DNA of 63,746 nucleotides, the filler included, from Craspedostauros australis (taxonomy: Eukaryota), in NCBI GenBank assembly GCA_030167865.1. It is 9 parts of 9 records of this genome, joined end to end, with 100 filler letters (N's around TTAATTAATTAA, not from the genome) between each part and the next. Parts side by side here need not be neighbours in the genome. Positions count along the whole stretch, not along the records: positions 28,883 to 35,127 come from JALAGF010003397.1; positions 35,228 to 44,359 come from JALAGF010003401.1; positions 44,460 to 54,574 come from JALAGF010003403.1; 6 more parts are not named here. The stretch is one strand, 5' to 3'. Shown here piece by piece: positions 34,381-47,357 of this stretch. The position numbers and the translations under genes were made by a program. The notes below the pieces were generated by a model. It saw only the letters and a program-made list of their open reading frames with translations, had not been told where the DNA came from and did no database searches. Every line of letters starts with the position of its first letter. Within the stretch, counting starts at the first letter, position 1.

Positions 34381-37300
34381 GAAGCGCGATGGTGATGACT
34401 TGCTCTTGTGATGGCTGGATTCCTATGCAAGTATCATTGTGTGGTGGAGAGTCGTTCTTCGGAGGTGTTGCTATGGATGGTTGATGGATGATTCATGTGC
34501 GCATGCAGGCATTCATGCCGACACCATTCATTTGGAGGAGGCGGAACAGTGCATGTGTGGGCATTGGAAGGGCACTTGCGCCGTCTTGTCACCTCAGCGA
34601 GCGACCTACCAGCGTGAGGTACCCTATGGCCCACTTGCTTCAAGTTCGCAGTAACCGTTCCATACCTTCTGTTTTGTCGCTTCCAATGAACATCATAGTA
34701 GTATGTAGAAACAATAACCGTCGCAGGTGCCATGATTTCGCTGTTGTTCCGAGAGCCGTTTCGTTCTTGTGCGGGTCGTGTTGCACGTCAATGTGTCCTT
34801 CGTTGGTGACACACGCGAGATACATCACTGGCGTGGTGCATCACATTGGCGAACCGCAGTGTCAGGTCCTCGTGACACCTGACGCGAACGGACAGACCAT
34901 TGCGCGAAATGTCGCGGAATCCAGTTTCGTCCAACCAAAGACCCCCAGGGTTGATGCTCATCCACACAGCACCAACGATCATCTTCTGTTCCGTCTGCAC
35001 CAGTGAACGATACCAAACATAACCACCAATAGGTCGTGCTGCAGGGACACCCGGCAAGTCCATTGAAATGTTCGTCGTTTGACTCACTTGACCATGGAGA
35101 TGAATCGAGGCTGTTTAATCGAATTAGNNNNNNNNNNNNNNNNNNNNNNNNNNNNNNNNNNNNNNNNNNNNTTAATTAATTAANNNNNNNNNNNNNNNNN
35201 NNNNNNNNNNNNNNNNNNNNNNNNNNNGTGATGGGACAGAAGCAGAATGGAATGGAATCGCAGACGAGCCCAAAGTGGATCGAGAACAATGGACTATTCC
35301 GAACGAAGAACAACAGCAGCAATCAAGGCTTGTTGGGACTGTTTAATTGGAAACACCGGCGCGTCCTCAATCGCTCTATTCGCTTGTAATTGGTGCTTCA
35401 AACATGAAGCTGGTTCGATGATACGAAACCATCACGCTCTTGGGAAGCAAGTGTTTGCAATCATTATGGACTTGGGATGGATCGATCGTGAGCGGACATG
35501 ATCCAAGGGAGAGGTCCATCAGAGTTGAATACGTTGACCAAAGCCGCCGATCACAAAGTGCGGATTGGGTGCTGTTCCGTGAGAAACTGCCGCGACAGTG
35601 GTCAGTCAGTCACACTGCGATTTGCGCACGGCAGGATGTATGGTTCACCCTCGATTGTCCATGGTGCAAGGGTCTGCTTCACCAAAAGAGACTTCGTTCT
35701 GAGTTCCGTAGGAGCTGACTGGGCCTGCGTCAAAGGCATCCAGCATCGCATGTGTGAGCTCTCCGCAAGGCCAAACATGACTCTTGCCTGGCTCAGTTCG
35801 CGGCGTGACACACACACTCTCTCTCTCCCTCCCTCTCTCTTTCTTTGGACACCAACGTCATCAAGAAAACCTTTGGTTCATCTGACACAGTCTCGCGATC
35901 GGCGTTGTGATAGTGGGGTGGCACCACTTAGTTAGCTCTTTCCCTTCGTCATCGTCTTCGTCTTCTTCTCTGTCTCTGTCTCCGTCTCTGTGTTCCACTC
36001 CGACCTCTCCGATCAAGCTGAAGGAGCACTTTCACCGCCTTGGATACCCTCTCTTCCCTGTCTTGTCCCCCTCGTATCGGAGAACCTGGGTGCACATGGA
36101 GCATTCTGTTCCCTCGGTATTTGTGAAGGCATTCGATGCGCAAGTGCGACACCTTGGCTGCGAATGGGCTTCAGGACAGGGCTTACCCTTGTGAGCAAAG
36201 TCGAGGTGGTAGATACAACTCTGAGTTGGTCCCTACGCCAAATCATCTGGAACGGAAGACGAAGATGGTCGGAACTCGGATCAGATCTTTGTGGGGAAAA
36301 AGAGTTTCTGATACGCTCTACCTGCTGCTGCCTCGTTCGCAAGCCATCAATTATTGTGGAGGTATCACATTTCACTTCGAACCATACAACGCCAGAGCAC
36401 AGCCTGCCGAGTAGAAGCAAAGGAGATGATGGTGTCTGTGTAGATGGTGGCGGATGAGACTGACGCACTAAACAATAGAGGTGAAAATCCCCCAATGGGC
36501 GGCGGAGAAACACATCACAGGAGGGCACCACCGTTGGGCAAAATGGGTGATGTGAACCGAGATAAAGACGCGCTGAGGAAGGCCACCGCTACAACCGCGG
36601 TCGACGCTTGGGCTGCCATTGGTACCAGTCTGAACTAAATGTGTCATACAAGTCCGACTACGAGCAAGAATACAACTTCAAGTTCATCAACGACGGAAAT
36701 TGGAACTCATCAGCACGCACAAATCGAGAACTGGGCATCGGTAACGAACGTGCGCATACAGGGACATCACACATTGCTGGCCTCCAAGCACCTTGGATGG
36801 TGCAGCCGCTGGAGGCAGGCCGTTTGCTCCATGCGAACATGGTATGCTAGCAATTCCAGAGAGTCACTCGATTTGAAAGAGACTGTGGTTTGAGCAAGGC
36901 ACCGTGTTCGCTTTACTTCAGGCATCCATCCTTCTGTAGATGTTTGCAGGAACAGGATGGCCCCACTTGTTGCTCCTCTCCGCCCCACCATCGTGCTGTG
37001 AATCGAGACCATCCCCAGCGAATGAGTTCATTGGTGGCGGACTACCATCAGGTACAGCTGGTCTTGTCAACATTGGATGCAAGTCTCATGTCGTCTCCGG
37101 CCATCGAAATTGAAGGCGCTGTACCTTGGCTGCCAATAAATTCCACGGCTGTCTACTCCCCGGATTGGGAACTGGATGAGTATTGACAGCGCCCACCGAG
37201 TGGAGAACCAACGAGGAGGGAGAGCCATGCGGTCACGTTCGCCGAGAGTGGTCAAGCGCCCCCCTTCACACGTGCCGACAGAACGGATCGGTTGCTCGGA

Positions 37301-39222
37301 TGTCATTATCGGCGTGGTTGTTGTTGAGCATTGCCGTTCATCCCTCATTACGGCGCATGAATTGTGATGGTCGCCAACTGACTCAGGCGATGAAGGCAGG
37401 GTCACCTTGCAACTGGAGTCCGTGAGCCGATCGCCAGACAAGAAAGCTGATTTCTTCGTTCTTTTTCGCAGCCGACGAAGACCGGATGGTCACAGCTCTG
37501 TTGCTCTTCCGCCCGAGGATGGATCAGACTCCGCCTGACCACTCTCGCCTGAGGTCTTGGTGCTGTACACCAATTCCTTAGTTCGCGATCTACGCGTTGG
37601 GATGGATTGAAGTGTATCTCTCTATCGTTGTACAGTTGTCACTCCCTCAAGCAATCATGAAGGGCAACAGATGTGGCACCACATCTGTCCCCCAGGCATC
37701 GCCTGCGCCGGTTCCATTTTACACGTGACAGTGCGCAGTCTCGGCAGCAACCTGGCACAGAGTCTCACCACAAGGCCACTTTGCTGTACCACGCCATCTT
37801 CGTCCCCAAGGCCTTAGAATCCCGTTCCACGCGAACAAGATCGCTGCGTCTCCCCATCACCCACGGCCTGTTCGACAGTTTGCGATGACCTCATCTTGCT
37901 CACTTTATTGATCAGCTTTCTGATTTCTCTGTCTTGTTGCTCCGTCAACAAGCCACTTTTTGCTCCTTGCATCTTTTTCACCTGGCGTACCCGCAAGGAC
38001 GCATGCGTGTACTGCATGGTACGAAGCGCATAAAGTATGAACGTCGTCTCCATTCAACCATCGAACTGCAGGCGTGTATCGTAAGGCGCACCGACACTCT
38101 TTCGTTGATACCAGTTGTAAAGCTCCATGCATCCTTGCAAATGAAGGCTGAGGATCCTGTCTTTCATGTTCTTCCCTTCTCCGCCACACATCAACGTATG
38201 TAGATACCGGTGCGGCTCTGTCCACGTGGGGGCAGATGGAGACTTGTATGAAGATGGAATGCTTCACGGCCGGTTGGGGCATGTACCCTTCTTTCGATGG
38301 AAGGTTCACGGACATGTTGTCTGCCATTGCAACTGCGCAGTCTTCGAGTTCCATTCCTTGCCCTTCGGACATGTGAATCCACAAGGCTCTCCTTCTCTGG
38401 TGCCGTGTCGAAGTGCTCTCGTGTTCTCACATTCTTCTATTCCATTGCCGTGATGCTCCATTCACTCCAATTGAGCACTCCACGATCACGATCGTTTCTC
38501 GTTGGGCCCGATCTGTGCGCCCTTCGTGCATTGGTTTCTGCGCCAAGACAGCAAGATTGCCATCGCAGGGCGCCCTTGGCGAGTTCTGCCACCTCCTCTT
38601 GTGAAGCGGAGAGGAAGCCTTGCCGTCTTTTCCTGCCGGGCCAGGCGGCGCAACTCATCCCCTACTCCGCAACAGATGCGATGCTGTTGACGATTGAGGC
38701 GCATCGCCGTTTCCTGGGCCGAACATCGTGCATCGAGCGCTGTAGCTGCCATCATGCCGCGTCCACACCATCCCGCTGCTGTTGCGTTGTCCTTACTTTG
38801 ACTTTGACTTCCACTTTGACTTCCATTTCCATCTCCATTTCATCCGACTCTCTTCTCATAATATTTGATTCTTCAAGCCCAGCCGGTGAGTCGCTGATCA
38901 TCTCCACATGATTGGAATGAGTGACAATCATTTATGATGCGAGCATTGCCGTATCCAATCATGCGATACCGTGAGGTTATGCCAGCGATGAAACGATCTT
39001 CGCCGACTTGCTTTTGACCCATTGCGCCATCGGTAAAGTCGCGGAGAAGATACAAGAGTGCGAAATCCATGCATCGACTCACCCATCAATTATTCCCTTT
39101 GATCGTGTCACGATCGTCCCGACATCTCCGATATGTCGTCATTCTCGTATATCCCGTCTATCTCATCTCTCCACTCGTACGTATCTGCACCATCGATAGC
39201 CCCAACACAGAATCTGTTAAAA

Positions 39223-40914
39223 ATGCCTTTCAAACCATCGTCATCCACCGCCATCGTCGGTTGGATCTTCGCCTGTGCAATTTCTCTCACTTCGCTCGTC
39301 CCTATCAACGCCGACGACCCTATCAAAGAGTACGACTACATCGTCGTCGGGGCCGGCAGCGCCGGAAGCATCGTGGCTTCGGAGCTTGCCGGTCGAAACA
39401 ACGACGTGCTAGTCATCGAGGCCGGAGGCGATGAGTACGATCCGGCCATCGAGAATGTGAAGATGTACTTCGACGTGGCCTTCAATACTCCTGACTTCGG
39501 CTACCTCACCTGGCCGTATCAAAGCACTGAACAACGGCCATTCAATTCCACGAACAACTTCACCTTTGCTTTGCCCAGAGGCAGGGCTCTCGGTGGATCC
39601 CATTCCATCAACGCGGCTGCCTTCACCACCGGGCACATGGACGATTTTGACATGCTCGCCGATACCCTCCACGACAACGATTGGAAGTGGAGATCGATCG
39701 TCAGATTCGTGAGGCGGATCCAGCGCACGTTGGACTTCGTGCGTTTGGACAAGAACAATCAGGCCGGCGGTGATGAGTACGTGGAGTCGGCCGAGCGAGT
39801 CCTCGGCTTTGAATACAACCGGAACAAGTGCGAACGCGGAGAGCAGAATGGCATCTGCCCCGCTCTGTGGACCGGATCCATCGATGAAAATGGTCTGGCC
39901 ACCCGCAGCACCTCGTACGACGCCTTCCTGGAGGAGCTCATCGGTCGAAACAAGGTCGATCTCGTGACCTTCCATCAGGTGGAGAAGCTGCTGTTCGACG
40001 ATGTGCACCCCACCAAGGTCGTTGGCGTGCGGGTCCTGAACACCCGATCGATGAGACACACCGAATACCACGCCCGCAAGGAGGTGATCCTGTCCAGCGG
40101 GACGTACAACACCCCGCAGATCCTCATGCTGAGCGGCATCGGTCCTGCTCAGGCCTTGCAGCAGCTCAACATTCCAGTCGTCGTGGAGTCGCCGGGAGTG
40201 GGGCAGAACCTCCGCGATCACTACTGCACCTTCACCACGTGGAATCGTGTCACCCTGCCGGAGGAGTCGCCATTCCTCTTCCAAAGCCCCGTCTTCAACT
40301 TCTTCGGTCCCGAGACGGAGACGCAGACAACCTACCAGTTCCAGATCTCTGGCACGTTCGGCTCCGTCCTTCACTTCCGCTCAAAGAGCGTCGGCGAAGT
40401 CAGGGTGCTATCCACCGATCCGATGGTGCCGGTGGAGATCGACCCCAACGCCGTTTCAACTGAGGCCGATCTCCAGGCGCTCGTGGATGGGTTGAAGGAC
40501 TTCATCTTGCCCTTCTTCGGTGACCTGGTGGACAAGGGAATAGTGTCCGTTGATTCGCTGGACCCAGCCGCAAGCGAGCAGGAGATCCGCGAATACATAC
40601 TGGATGGCAACATCCTGAGCAGCCATCATGCTGTTGGCACGTGCAAGGTGGGACCGGACAGCGATCCGATGGCGGTCGTGGACTCCGACTTCAGGGTGCG
40701 AGGCACCACGAACCTGCGTGTTGTGGATGCGTCCGTGTTCCCCGTGGTCCCTTCCTCCAACACCAACTCACCGACGATGTCGATCGCTTTGTTGGCATCA
40801 CGCAAGCTGCTGGCCACACCAAACATCTTCGATGCGGCCGAGAGCGATGACGAAAGTGAAAGCGACGACCGCCGCCGGCTGCTGCGTTCGCGCGGAGGAG
40901 CAATGGAAGAGTGA
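39223..40914 (+). CDS. Secreted GMC (glucose-methanol-choline) oxidoreductase
   Basis: Signal-peptide-like N-terminus, YDYIVVGAGSAG (FAD binding), PRGRALGGSHSIN, TPQILMLSGIGP, GVGQNLRDH, catalytic His/Asn pair (HHAVGTC; SSNTNSP), NLRVVDAS. Confidence 0.93.
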   Translation: MPFKPSSSTAIVGWIFACAISLTSLVPINADDPIKEYDYIVVGAGSAGSIVASELAGRNNDVLVIEAGGDEYDPAIENVKMYFDVAFNTPDFGYLTWPYQSTEQRPFNSTNNFTFALPRGRALGGSHSINAAAFTTGHMDDFDMLADTLHDNDWKWRSIVRFVRRIQRTLDFVRLDKNNQAGGDEYVESAERVLGFEYNRNKCERGEQNGICPALWTGSIDENGLATRSTSYDAFLEELIGRNKVDLVTFHQVEKLLFDDVHPTKVVGVRVLNTRSMRHTEYHARKEVILSSGTYNTPQILMLSGIGPAQALQQLNIPVVVESPGVGQNLRDHYCTFTTWNRVTLPEESPFLFQSPVFNFFGPETETQTTYQFQISGTFGSVLHFRSKSVGEVRVLSTDPMVPVEIDPNAVSTEADLQALVDGLKDFILPFFGDLVDKGIVSVDSLDPAASEQEIREYILDGNILSSHHAVGTCKVGPDSDPMAVVDSDFRVRGTTNLRVVDASVFPVVPSSNTNSPTMSIALLASRKLLATPNIFDAAESDDESESDDRRRLLRSRGGAMEE

Positions 40915-41840
40915 TAGAGAGCCAGCAATCCTCCAGCAGTCTCTTTTGTGTCACCTCCACCCACGGACGGAGCCATCAAACAGGTATTATGAGCTGAGCC
41001 AACAAACCCGAACAGAGAAACCAAAGAAGGTTCGCACCAAGCAAACGTGCGCGTGCCACACCCTGAACATCGGTAGCAGAAGCAGAAGCAACACATCACA
41101 AACAACGAACACAGAGAAAGAGAAAATGAGAACACATCAAGAACAAGCGACAGAATCCTTTCCAAACAGATTTAAGTACATACATAGCGTCATTATTACA
41201 TGTTAGTCGAGCATGTCGTCAGATCGACTTGTGGCGAAGTTCGAGTTTGGTCCTTCGCCTTTCTGTTGGACGGCACAATCAGGAATGTCTGACAAAACAC
41301 AGCGAAGCCGGTCATCATAGTTGCTATATAGTAAGCGACTCCATCCGCTGTGTTGCGTCACCACTTTGGCCCGTAGAACCCATGAACTGCGTGTCTCGTG
41401 AGATACAATTATGGTCCGTGGGCTTTGTCGGACTTGTTTGGACATTCGTGTGGACTACGCTAAATAGGCCCTCCAAACCAAACAAGCACCATCGGCACCG
41501 GTCATTGGGGTTGGTGTCTCTTTGTGTTTTCATCGCCTGTCCCCTTTGTTTGGTAGACTTGTCGCCATGTTTTCGCTGTTCTTCCCCAATGCTTCGCGAT
41601 GGACTAGGCGCCGCACAGCCAAGCACCTTTCTGATTGAAGGCAGTTGCATCACAAAACACGATGGCACATGCGCACATTCAGCAAGCGAGAAGACATTGT
41701 TGGAATTGAGCAAGCACCAACAGTCACAACCGCAACAGCAACAAGGGCAACGCACATACTACTATTCTATAATACCCCATCCGCAAACCAAGCACGTCCA
41801 CTACCCTGACCAGTTGATCCAGCGACCGACATTCGTCGCG

Positions 41841-43205
41841 ATGAGCACCGTTTACCACGATACCGTGCATCCGGAATTTGCGGAATGGCAGCAAATCGTG
41901 ATCGTCGTGTCGGGCGCCATCACCGGCTTTCTGTCGCTGATGAGCTCCGCGACGATCCTGTGCCTCATCATTGCTGATTTGGACCGCAAATTCGCCAAGG
42001 TCAAATACAGATTCCTGTTGGGCCTCAGTGTCGCCGATGCCATCGGATCGATAACCTTCATGGTGTGGAGCCTGCCCGTGCCGCAGAACTCTCCAAATGT
42101 CTGGGGAGCCTTGGGCAACGACACAACATGCGCCGCGCAAGGCTTCGTCCTGCAGTTGTCAACCATGGGAGCATTCTACAATGCGGCGCTGTCCCATTTC
42201 TTCTACAGGTCGATCTGCCATGGAACTTCCGACGACGAATACTACTTCAGCGGATGGGAGCTTGGCTGGCACATCGTGGGAATCTTCATTCCCTGCATCA
42301 CGGCGCTGCTCGGAGTGGCCATGGGCGTGGCCAACTTCACGAGCGTCGGCTGCTGGTACGGTCCCCACCCGCCTGGCTGTCTGCACGACGACGCAGTCGA
42401 GTGCATACGAGGCGAGAACGGCTTCGTCGTCGGCTGGTTGTTCGTCGGCGTTCCAACATGCGCGCTGCTGGTGGTCGTCGGCTGGTGCATGTGGAAGATC
42501 CAGCATGAGGTGGCGACTGTCGTGGAAAGGGTGAAATCCAATTCCGGCGACTCGACGTGGCGCAGCTCCAAAGCCAAAGGCAGCGGCAACGATAGAAATA
42601 CAGCGCAAGAGGGCACCGAGTGTCGGGATAAACTCCGGAAAGGTGCCCATGACAGCAGCCAGACTGAGGATGGCAACCTGGATGGTGACAATGGTCACAA
42701 TACCGATGCGGCTGATCATTCCACCCTCGGTCTGGAACAACGAGTCAAGGAAGTGGCGCAACAGGCCTATTGGTATTTCGCCATCTACTTCATCACGCAT
42801 GTGTTCGGCTTTCCAATGTTCTTCATGGAATCGGTTGGGTTGCCACAGCAATTCTGGCTTTCGTGGCTGCTGATGGTCACATACCCGTCGCAAGGAATGG
42901 GCAATTTATTCATCTTCATCCGACCTCGCGTCTTGAACGTCCAGAGGAAGTACCCATCGTACACGTACGCCAATGCGCTGTATGCTTCGATCTTCCGGTA
43001 CGATCAACTGCTCTCAGTATCCGAGCAAATATCATCCGGTGCTGCCTCATCGCAGATACAGTCGGTTGTTGAAGCAATTGGTGCTGATGCGGATACTGCG
43101 ACTGTGGGTGCGGCTGTGGGTGCGACTGTGGGTGTTGGTGGGAGAATGTCAACAGGTGTCAAAAAGGAGATGGTTGGCAAGCGCGAAAACAGAAGACAGA
43201 AGTAG
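41841..43205 (+). CDS. 7-transmembrane GPCR-like protein
   Basis: Seven hydrophobic segments; YRFLLGLSVAD, GNDTTCAAQGFVLQL, a CWY loop and YPSQGMGNLFIFIRP resemble the cAMP-receptor/Git3-like 7TM class. Start at MSTVYHD is inferred. Confidence 0.8.
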   Translation: MSTVYHDTVHPEFAEWQQIVIVVSGAITGFLSLMSSATILCLIIADLDRKFAKVKYRFLLGLSVADAIGSITFMVWSLPVPQNSPNVWGALGNDTTCAAQGFVLQLSTMGAFYNAALSHFFYRSICHGTSDDEYYFSGWELGWHIVGIFIPCITALLGVAMGVANFTSVGCWYGPHPPGCLHDDAVECIRGENGFVVGWLFVGVPTCALLVVVGWCMWKIQHEVATVVERVKSNSGDSTWRSSKAKGSGNDRNTAQEGTECRDKLRKGAHDSSQTEDGNLDGDNGHNTDAADHSTLGLEQRVKEVAQQAYWYFAIYFITHVFGFPMFFMESVGLPQQFWLSWLLMVTYPSQGMGNLFIFIRPRVLNVQRKYPSYTYANALYASIFRYDQLLSVSEQISSGAASSQIQSVVEAIGADADTATVGAAVGATVGVGGRMSTGVKKEMVGKRENRRQK

Positions 43206-44275
43206 AGAGGAAGGTGACCGTGCAACAAACCAAGGAGGCATTGATAACACTCCTCGATGGGAATACACAGACACGCAGCGCAATACTTTACTTTCAGAAA
43301 ATAACATCATAGCATGATGCAATAGGTCGTGTGTGGTCCCACAAATCTTTTGCTGGCAACGAGCCGATACTAAAATGGATTGGAAGTGGAGGATGCAGAT
43401 GGCGAAAGTGATGTGAACAAGAGATGGAGTAGGGATGGTCGGATGAGAAGAATTCGTCCACAAAGCTGCGGATGTTGTTTGATTGTTCGGAGAAAGTTCC
43501 ATTCCTCCCGATGCTCGCCATCGACTCCATCATCCTTTTTGCGAATGGACAATTTCAAGTTTCGGCCAAAACCACTGACACGACTCAGATCTCCCCAAAA
43601 CTTGTCATCAACAACTGGAAATGGCAAAAATATGTTTTGTCATTCTTGGGAAAAGCCACAAGAAACTCAGTTCAGGGAGTTGGAATGAAATGAACGGTAA
43701 ATGGCGACAAAAAAGCAATATCATCACAAAAATCAGACAGAATCTGCCGAATGGTTCAAGCGCCTGCGGCGCCTCACGTTCACTTCCGTACACGATTGGT
43801 ATGAGCCCGATCAGTGAGTCGACCTGCACTTTGAAATGGACATTCTAACTTTTCATCTGAGATATCCAAACCAAGCACATATTCGTAATCCTTATAATCT
43901 CATTATACATAATTAACCGTTACATTTTTTGTTAGATCTTTATTTTAAGTTTNNNNNNNNNNNNNNNNNGTGCATAGCAGTCACGTGGGTCCAACAGCAC
44001 AAAACCCGTTGTTGTTGGCAGAAGGTTCTATGATGTTCTCATGTATTTATCGTGAGGTGATCAGTCACGGACTTGCTTCCGAAGGTGTCAGTCGTTTGGT
44101 ACGCGTTAATTACACGTTAGCATGTGGCACCTGATTCCACATTCTGCTCGTCACAAAACACATCACACAAAACACATCATCTCCATCATTTCGCAAAATC
44201 GCGCCACACTTTGGCTCCATTCACAACTTTCCTCTGCACACTCGCCCTTTCGCTCCATGCCCGTTCTTGTCACAC

Positions 44276-44359
<84 letters not shown>
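44276..44359 (+). repeat. (TAG)28 microsatellite at contig end
   Basis: Read directly; runs into the linker. Confidence 0.97.
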
Positions 44360-45958
44360 NNNNNNNNNNNNNNNNNNNNNNNNNNNNNNNNNNNNNNNNN
44401 NNNTTAATTAATTAANNNNNNNNNNNNNNNNNNNNNNNNNNNNNNNNNNNNNNNNNNNNACAAGCAAGAGGTTGGGCGCCTTGACTTTTGGCGGGTGAGA
44501 GAATGGCATCAAAGTCAAGACTGGACGAGCGACAGAGATGCATCCCTGTGCCAAAGTACCCTCGTCGATGGCGCGGCCGTTTCCTGTTTGGACTCTTTGT
44601 GACTGGATGGCCGACGTCCCTCGTGCCAGATCCACTGCCTCCCAAAGTGGCATGGGCGAAGACGCTCTTGTGAAGACAAGATCCGTGCTGCAGCTTTTTT
44701 GGATCCTGATCGTCGATGACAAAAAGGCAGGACAACGTCTGGGTGGAGCGAGGAGTGGAACGCCCGCTTCCGCGACGGCCGTTTGCCAACGAGCGACTGA
44801 ATGCTGGCACACGTTTTTGCATCTTTGTTTGGCTACTGTGAGTCCCATGTATCGAAATCACGAGCGAATCAGAACACACGATGAATCTCACATCGCAGAG
44901 TATCATCGTGATCGTACTGTTGGAGGGTCCAGTCGATTCAGTCGGCGCACTTTCGATAAGTGTGGCATATCAGTATCTACCGCTATATCCAAGACCAAAA
45001 ACACGCTTGACTTGTCGCGATCGCTGTTGTTGGTGTTGTCATTGCTTGCAAATTGGTGCCAGTTATGCAATTGCATTGCAACCTATGCAATGGTGTGTTT
45101 GGGATGCTAATACGCTAAACTAGCATTTAGGTTAGGAGAGGATTTCCTGACACTCATGACTCACTCTCACTCGGATTGGTCCGGACCACACCTTGGATAT
45201 CGCCACGTTTGGAGCAAGCATGAGTCATTGAAGAAGATCTTTGGACCCTTGGATCCAAGAAAAAGGATTCCAATGACCAGGTCATTGGAACTCTTTCCAT
45301 AGGAATCTCAATGTCCGGCCAAGCCAGCCGGATCCAGGGAACAGCAAGACATGGAACCTGTATTGCAGACCTTTGCCATGCTCCCATCTCAATGAACGGA
45401 ACCACCTGTGGTACTGGTGCTACACAGCCCTACGACCCTTTTGTGAAAACTGTTAGGAATCGGGAGTACGACTTTGTCAAGATACCTACGGTTACCGCAC
45501 CTCTCCATACATCATGACGTCTCAATAGATTCAACTATTGTTGATCACACTCGGACCACCTTGTAGCATGTCCTACCTCAGATGACCATCCATGACTGGC
45601 ATCACACCCAGTCATGCCCTGCAACAGAGTCTGTCCATGGTCTGTCACAAGAATGAGTGCGAACCTGGGATCCGACCACAAGGGATGCATCTGCGCATGA
45701 GCCAAGACTATGAATGGTACAAACAATGCATCTCTAACAAGTTGACATGCCTCGATGGATAGAGACACTCCAGAATTTCCCAAAAGGGAGAAACACTGAG
45801 CAAGAGAAATGGAGGCGATCCCTCAGTCACCCAAGAGCACGAATGGTGACATGACATGTGACAAAGACAATCACAGAAAATGTGGTGGCAGCATGGGAGG
45901 AATACTGAGGTATTGACGATGATGTGGGATCGATCGACATGAGACCCATGGCAAGGTA

Positions 45959-46006
45959 CCTGCATGGCTACAAGATGTCCTGCATGGCTACAAGATGTCC
46001 TGCATG
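45959..46006 (+). repeat. 20-bp tandem repeat (CCTGCATGGCTACAAGATGT x2.4)
   Basis: Read directly. Confidence 0.85.
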
Positions 46007-47248
46007 AGTGTAGAAGAGAAACAAAGCTACTGAAATGCGCCATGAGATGGCAAGAGAGAGAGAGAGAGAGAGCAAGATGATGATACAGATGAAAGCAACC
46101 ATGGGCATGCATATGATCATGGTGTGCTACTATGGATTTTGCTTGCTATTGAATTGGGGTTGAGAGGAGACAATATGATTGATCCCACAGTTCAAAACGG
46201 TACGATCTAACAACAACTTAGATTACTAATAACTCTGGATTCCCAACAAGTATTGGTTGATTGGTGATGCCGTCCACACACATTGAGCCTAAGATGGCTA
46301 TACTCGATGTGCCTTGTCTTTTAATCAATTAATACTGCATTTGGTACCGCGGTTTAAATATTAGCTCAAACTAGTATTCCCATTAGTCGTGTTAAGATTT
46401 AGTCTAGTTAGTCAAATGCACGACTGCTCAGAATGTTTGAGCGGGATTGAAGCGTGACTCGATGTCGGTGGGATGGGGTCCCACGGAGTCTCTCCCCACG
46501 AATCGTGCTCGACTTAGGACGAAATCGCTCGTCTGACCAATTTGGGGATTGAGCGATTGTGCCATCCCACACCACTTATGGGTGTAACATAGGTTGTCCT
46601 GGATGGACAAACGTACCAGACCGTTGAATGAACATCATTCCCCAAAAGCGATCGGAAGAGAGTGAACAACAAACACTCTCCGGCCATCACGAAAATGATG
46701 TCTCCTCCCTCGAATGGCAACATCGGCACCGCGATGAATGCACGTGGGAGACTCAACGCTCCGCTATGCTACTACTAATAGAGATGATGCAGATCCAACT
46801 ACAATGGATGCTGCTCATCAACTGCTCACAATCCTTTTGAAAGTCTCATTTGGATTCGTTACAGCTTTAAAGACTAAGAAACACACTCACACACAAACTC
46901 ACCAACCTACTGCACTACCACGGATTGATCACCCTTCGGCGTACAGTAAGTTACCCTCGTTTTCTATATCGTTCTATCATTAAACAAGCCTCCCAGAGCA
47001 CTCAACTCCGCTCTGCGAGCCACAAATGTGCCTGGATCAGGGTGCGCTGGTCTCGTTTTTGTTCGACGAGATTTCAGGACCGTACGTACCGCACTTTGTG
47101 GTGTACTCTGTGCAGCTCTCCTCCATGCTACTCTACTCTACTATGCAGTCTACGCACAGTGTGAGGTCGCAATCTCAACTGGATTAACCACCTTGAACCA
47201 TATTTACCGCAACCTTTAGGCTTATTCGTTTCTCTTGACTGATGCTGT

Positions 47249-47345
47249 TGTCACAGTCTGGCCTATGTCCGTCTGTGCTCGTCTCTCTCACCACAGGAAC
47301 ATCTCATAAATTCTGTGTTTCCCCAATTCACAGTCTCCTCTCACA
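47249..47345 (+). repeat. 5' LTR (97 bp)
   Basis: TGTCACAGTC...CCTCTCACA, identical to 53551..53647. Confidence 0.97.
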
Positions 47346-47357
47346 GGTTTTCGAGCC
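47346..47357 (+). promoter_or_regulatory. Putative primer-binding site GGTTTTCGAGCC
   Basis: Abuts the 5' LTR; resembles the half-tRNAiMet-type PBS GGTTATGAGCC but differs from it. Confidence 0.5.

Noticed and set aside
34788..35127. Short minus-strand ORF at the contig end
   Set aside because: Too short, and no family could be recognised with confidence.
41229..41840. 204-aa N-terminal extension of the GPCR ORF
   Set aside because: Non-ATG start with promoter/UTR-like composition; receptor-like sequence begins at MSTVYHD.
43530..43952. Possible MITE/Helitron end (AT-rich tract with GCGCCTGCGGCGC mini-hairpin)
   Set aside because: No terminal inverted repeats or target-site duplication found; interrupted by an N gap.
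44276..44359. Telomeric repeat or poly-Val/poly-Ser ORF
   Set aside because: Simple (TAG)n microsatellite, not TTAGGG-like; the ORFs through it are artefacts.
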